The notes under the pieces were generated by a model. That model saw nothing but the letters and a program-made list of their open reading frames with translations, was not told the origin of the DNA and did no database searches. Shown here one piece after another: positions 61,182 through 62,606 of a stretch of 62,606 bases of DNA. The stretch lies in IMG/VR virus record IMGVR_UViG_3300021197_001241, positions 1-62,606 of that record; one strand, 5' to 3'. Source of the DNA: a virus. Its lineage: Duplodnaviria; Caudoviricetes. Within the stretch, counting starts at the first letter, position 1, and each line of letters opens with the position of its first letter. The position numbers were made by a program, and so were the translations under genes.

Positions 61182-62606
61182 TTAAGATGTCTTAATCAAC
61201 AAGTATCCGCTTGTAGCAGTTATTGATCCACCGGTAGCTCCGCCTTTGCCGTAATTTGAATAATCAGAATCGCCTGTACCTGCCGGGGTGTGCCCAGAGC
61301 CTGCTGTGGTAGTTGCGTTTGTGACTTCCGAACTGGTTGAAACATATCCGGAGCCGCCGCCGCCTGTTCTAGCGTCAGAGTAGCCTCCGCCGCCTCCGAA
61401 ATAACCGCCGCCGCCTCCGCCGCCGTCGTCAGTACCGGAATTTTGTGCACCTCTCGAATTACCACCTTGGAGGGCAGATCCGGCGTAGGCTTGACCGGAA
61501 TTTCCACCTGCGGTTTGAGAACCACCTAGTCCCGCACTACCGTCTTGTCCAGTGGTTCCACCACCGGCACCAGCGTGAGTGCCGTATCCAGTACCACCAC
61601 CACCGCCGCCTGCGATAAGTAGTGCGCCAGATTGAGAATGATATGCTTTAAAGAGCCCACTATACCCACCGCCGCCGCCGCCAGAAGCATCGCCGCGAGA
61701 GCCGTACCCTCCACCGGGAAGTCCTCCGGAGCCGCCATTAGTGTATGCGCCAGCAGAGCCACCCTTTGTTGCGGCGTAGGCATAATATGCTACACCACTC
61801 TGGAATGCAATGTTTCCTTTGGTAAAGCCACCAGCACCAGCGTTACCACTGGTACCATAAGACCCATGTCCACCGCCAGCACCCCACATTTTAACATTTA
61901 CAGTAAATGTGCTTGTTGGAGTAATCGTGTATTGCGCCCCATCTTGTGGAATCGCCAATTGACCATCTGTGTCCAAGTTCCATGCAGACTTACCACTGAT
62001 AGATGGGGAAACATTGAATATCCTACCTGTGATAGTTCTTCCATTAGAGTGCAATGCAGCTGCCTCTGATGAAAAAAGTGACCTATTCCAGATTTGCAAA
62101 TCATCGAGGGATCCATCAAACCAAGTACCGGGTGAATGACTATTGTGATCCCACTTGCCGAGTCTAATTGCCTCTGTTGGAGAAAAGGTACCTGTTGCGG
62201 CTGTAGATGAAGCTTCGAGCGAACCATCAATATAGAGATACAAGTTTTGTCCATCCCTGACAGCAGAGACATGATGCCAGCTACCGTCGTTAATATTTGT
62301 TGTTGAATAAATTTTTGTTGTTGCATTAGCTCTGTTTCTCCAGAAGAACATAAGTTTATTTGCCGGTCCTCCTGATTCGTTTACTGCCATTAGCCAAGCC
62401 TCATTGTTACCTCCGCCGTAGGCTTTCAAGAAGAAATATCCTTGACTTGTCTGTGATGTTTTAATCCAAGTAGACATAGACACGGTATCACTAGAGAATC
62501 CGTGATTCGCATCATGTGGAATGTCTATCCCATCGTTCACGCCGTCGAATGTTACATGCCCTCTAGAATCTACTTCAGAGAACGTTGCGCCAGAATTCGT
62601 TCCGTT
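61182..62606 (-). CDS. LamG/concanavalin-like plus glycine-rich domain virion protein (5' truncated)
   Basis: STWIKT, DGSWHHV, LYIDG, FDGSLDDLQIWNRSL; then WGAGGG and GGGGGY.GGGG glycine-rich domain; frame open to the window end. Confidence 0.85.
   Translation of the reverse strand, partial: NGTNSGATFSEVDSRGHVTFDGVNDGIDIPHDANHGFSSDTVSMSTWIKTSQTSQGYFFLKAYGGGNNEAWLMAVNESGGPANKLMFFWRNRANATTKIYSTTNINDGSWHHVSAVRDGQNLYLYIDGSLEASSTAATGTFSPTEAIRLGKWDHNSHSPGTWFDGSLDDLQIWNRSLFSSEAAALHSNGRTITGRIFNVSPSISGKSAWNLDTDGQLAIPQDGAQYTITPTSTFTVNVKMWGAGGGHGSYGTSGNAGAGGFTKGNIAFQSGVAYYAYAATKGGSAGAYTNGGSGGLPGGGYGSRGDASGGGGGGYSGLFKAYHSQSGALLIAGGGGGGTGYGTHAGAGGGTTGQDGSAGLGGSQTAGGNSGQAYAGSALQGGNSRGAQNSGTDDGGGGGGGYFGGGGGYSDARTGGGGSGYVSTSSEVTNATTTAGSGHTPAGTGDSDYSNYGKGGATGGSITATSGYLLIKTS

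Noticed and set aside
371-62069. Plus-strand ORFs and short nested minus-strand ORFs in the track
   Set aside because: All overlap well-supported minus-strand genes and lack motifs or translation signals.
1-62606. Stop-codon reassignment (alternative genetic code)
   Set aside because: Conserved genes are full length in the standard code, and TAA, TAG and TGA all end genes at expected positions.

Overview
AT-rich, gene-dense segment of a large (jumbo-type) contractile-tailed dsDNA bacteriophage. Essentially every real gene is on the minus strand and reads in the standard bacterial code. In transcription order (right to left) it holds: a LamG/glycine-rich virion protein (partial); a self-contained yeaH-spoVR(ycgB)-prkA(yeaG) operon; a 1008-aa repeat fibre; the tail module (sheath, tube, chaperone with a probable +1 frameshift, second tube paralogue, tape measure, baseplate); a replication/recombination block (minimal PolA-like polymerase, divergent tubulin/FtsZ-like protein, gp32-like SSB, ParB-like protein, Dam-family MTase, RecA, J-domain protein, 5'-3' exonuclease, DnaB, class II RNR, GroES); a hypervariable spot with genes sharing an MKLLLENWR leader and a 40-bp direct repeat; a Dam plus PD-(D/E)XK pair; DnaE, UvsE, PurA, Smr, dUTPase, IMPDH/GMPR; an acidic scaffold-like protein, ClpP, a YkuD-like protein and GroEL; and many small accessory genes including three tandem lipoproteins (small peptide, trypsin-like protease, vWA) and a Pol-beta-type nucleotidyltransferase. 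Two promoter classes are visible: near-consensus sigma70 promoters before replication/metabolic genes, and an ACTA(T/A/C)TTA motif before structural and leader-bearing genes. The most notable signals are the phage-borne YeaH/SpoVR/PrkA operon, the repeat-flanked cassettes with a putative capsid-targeting leader, and the UCC_UUU_C +1 frameshift candidate. No tRNA, rRNA, CRISPR array, intein or transposase was seen. All product calls come from motif recognition by eye, not from database searches.
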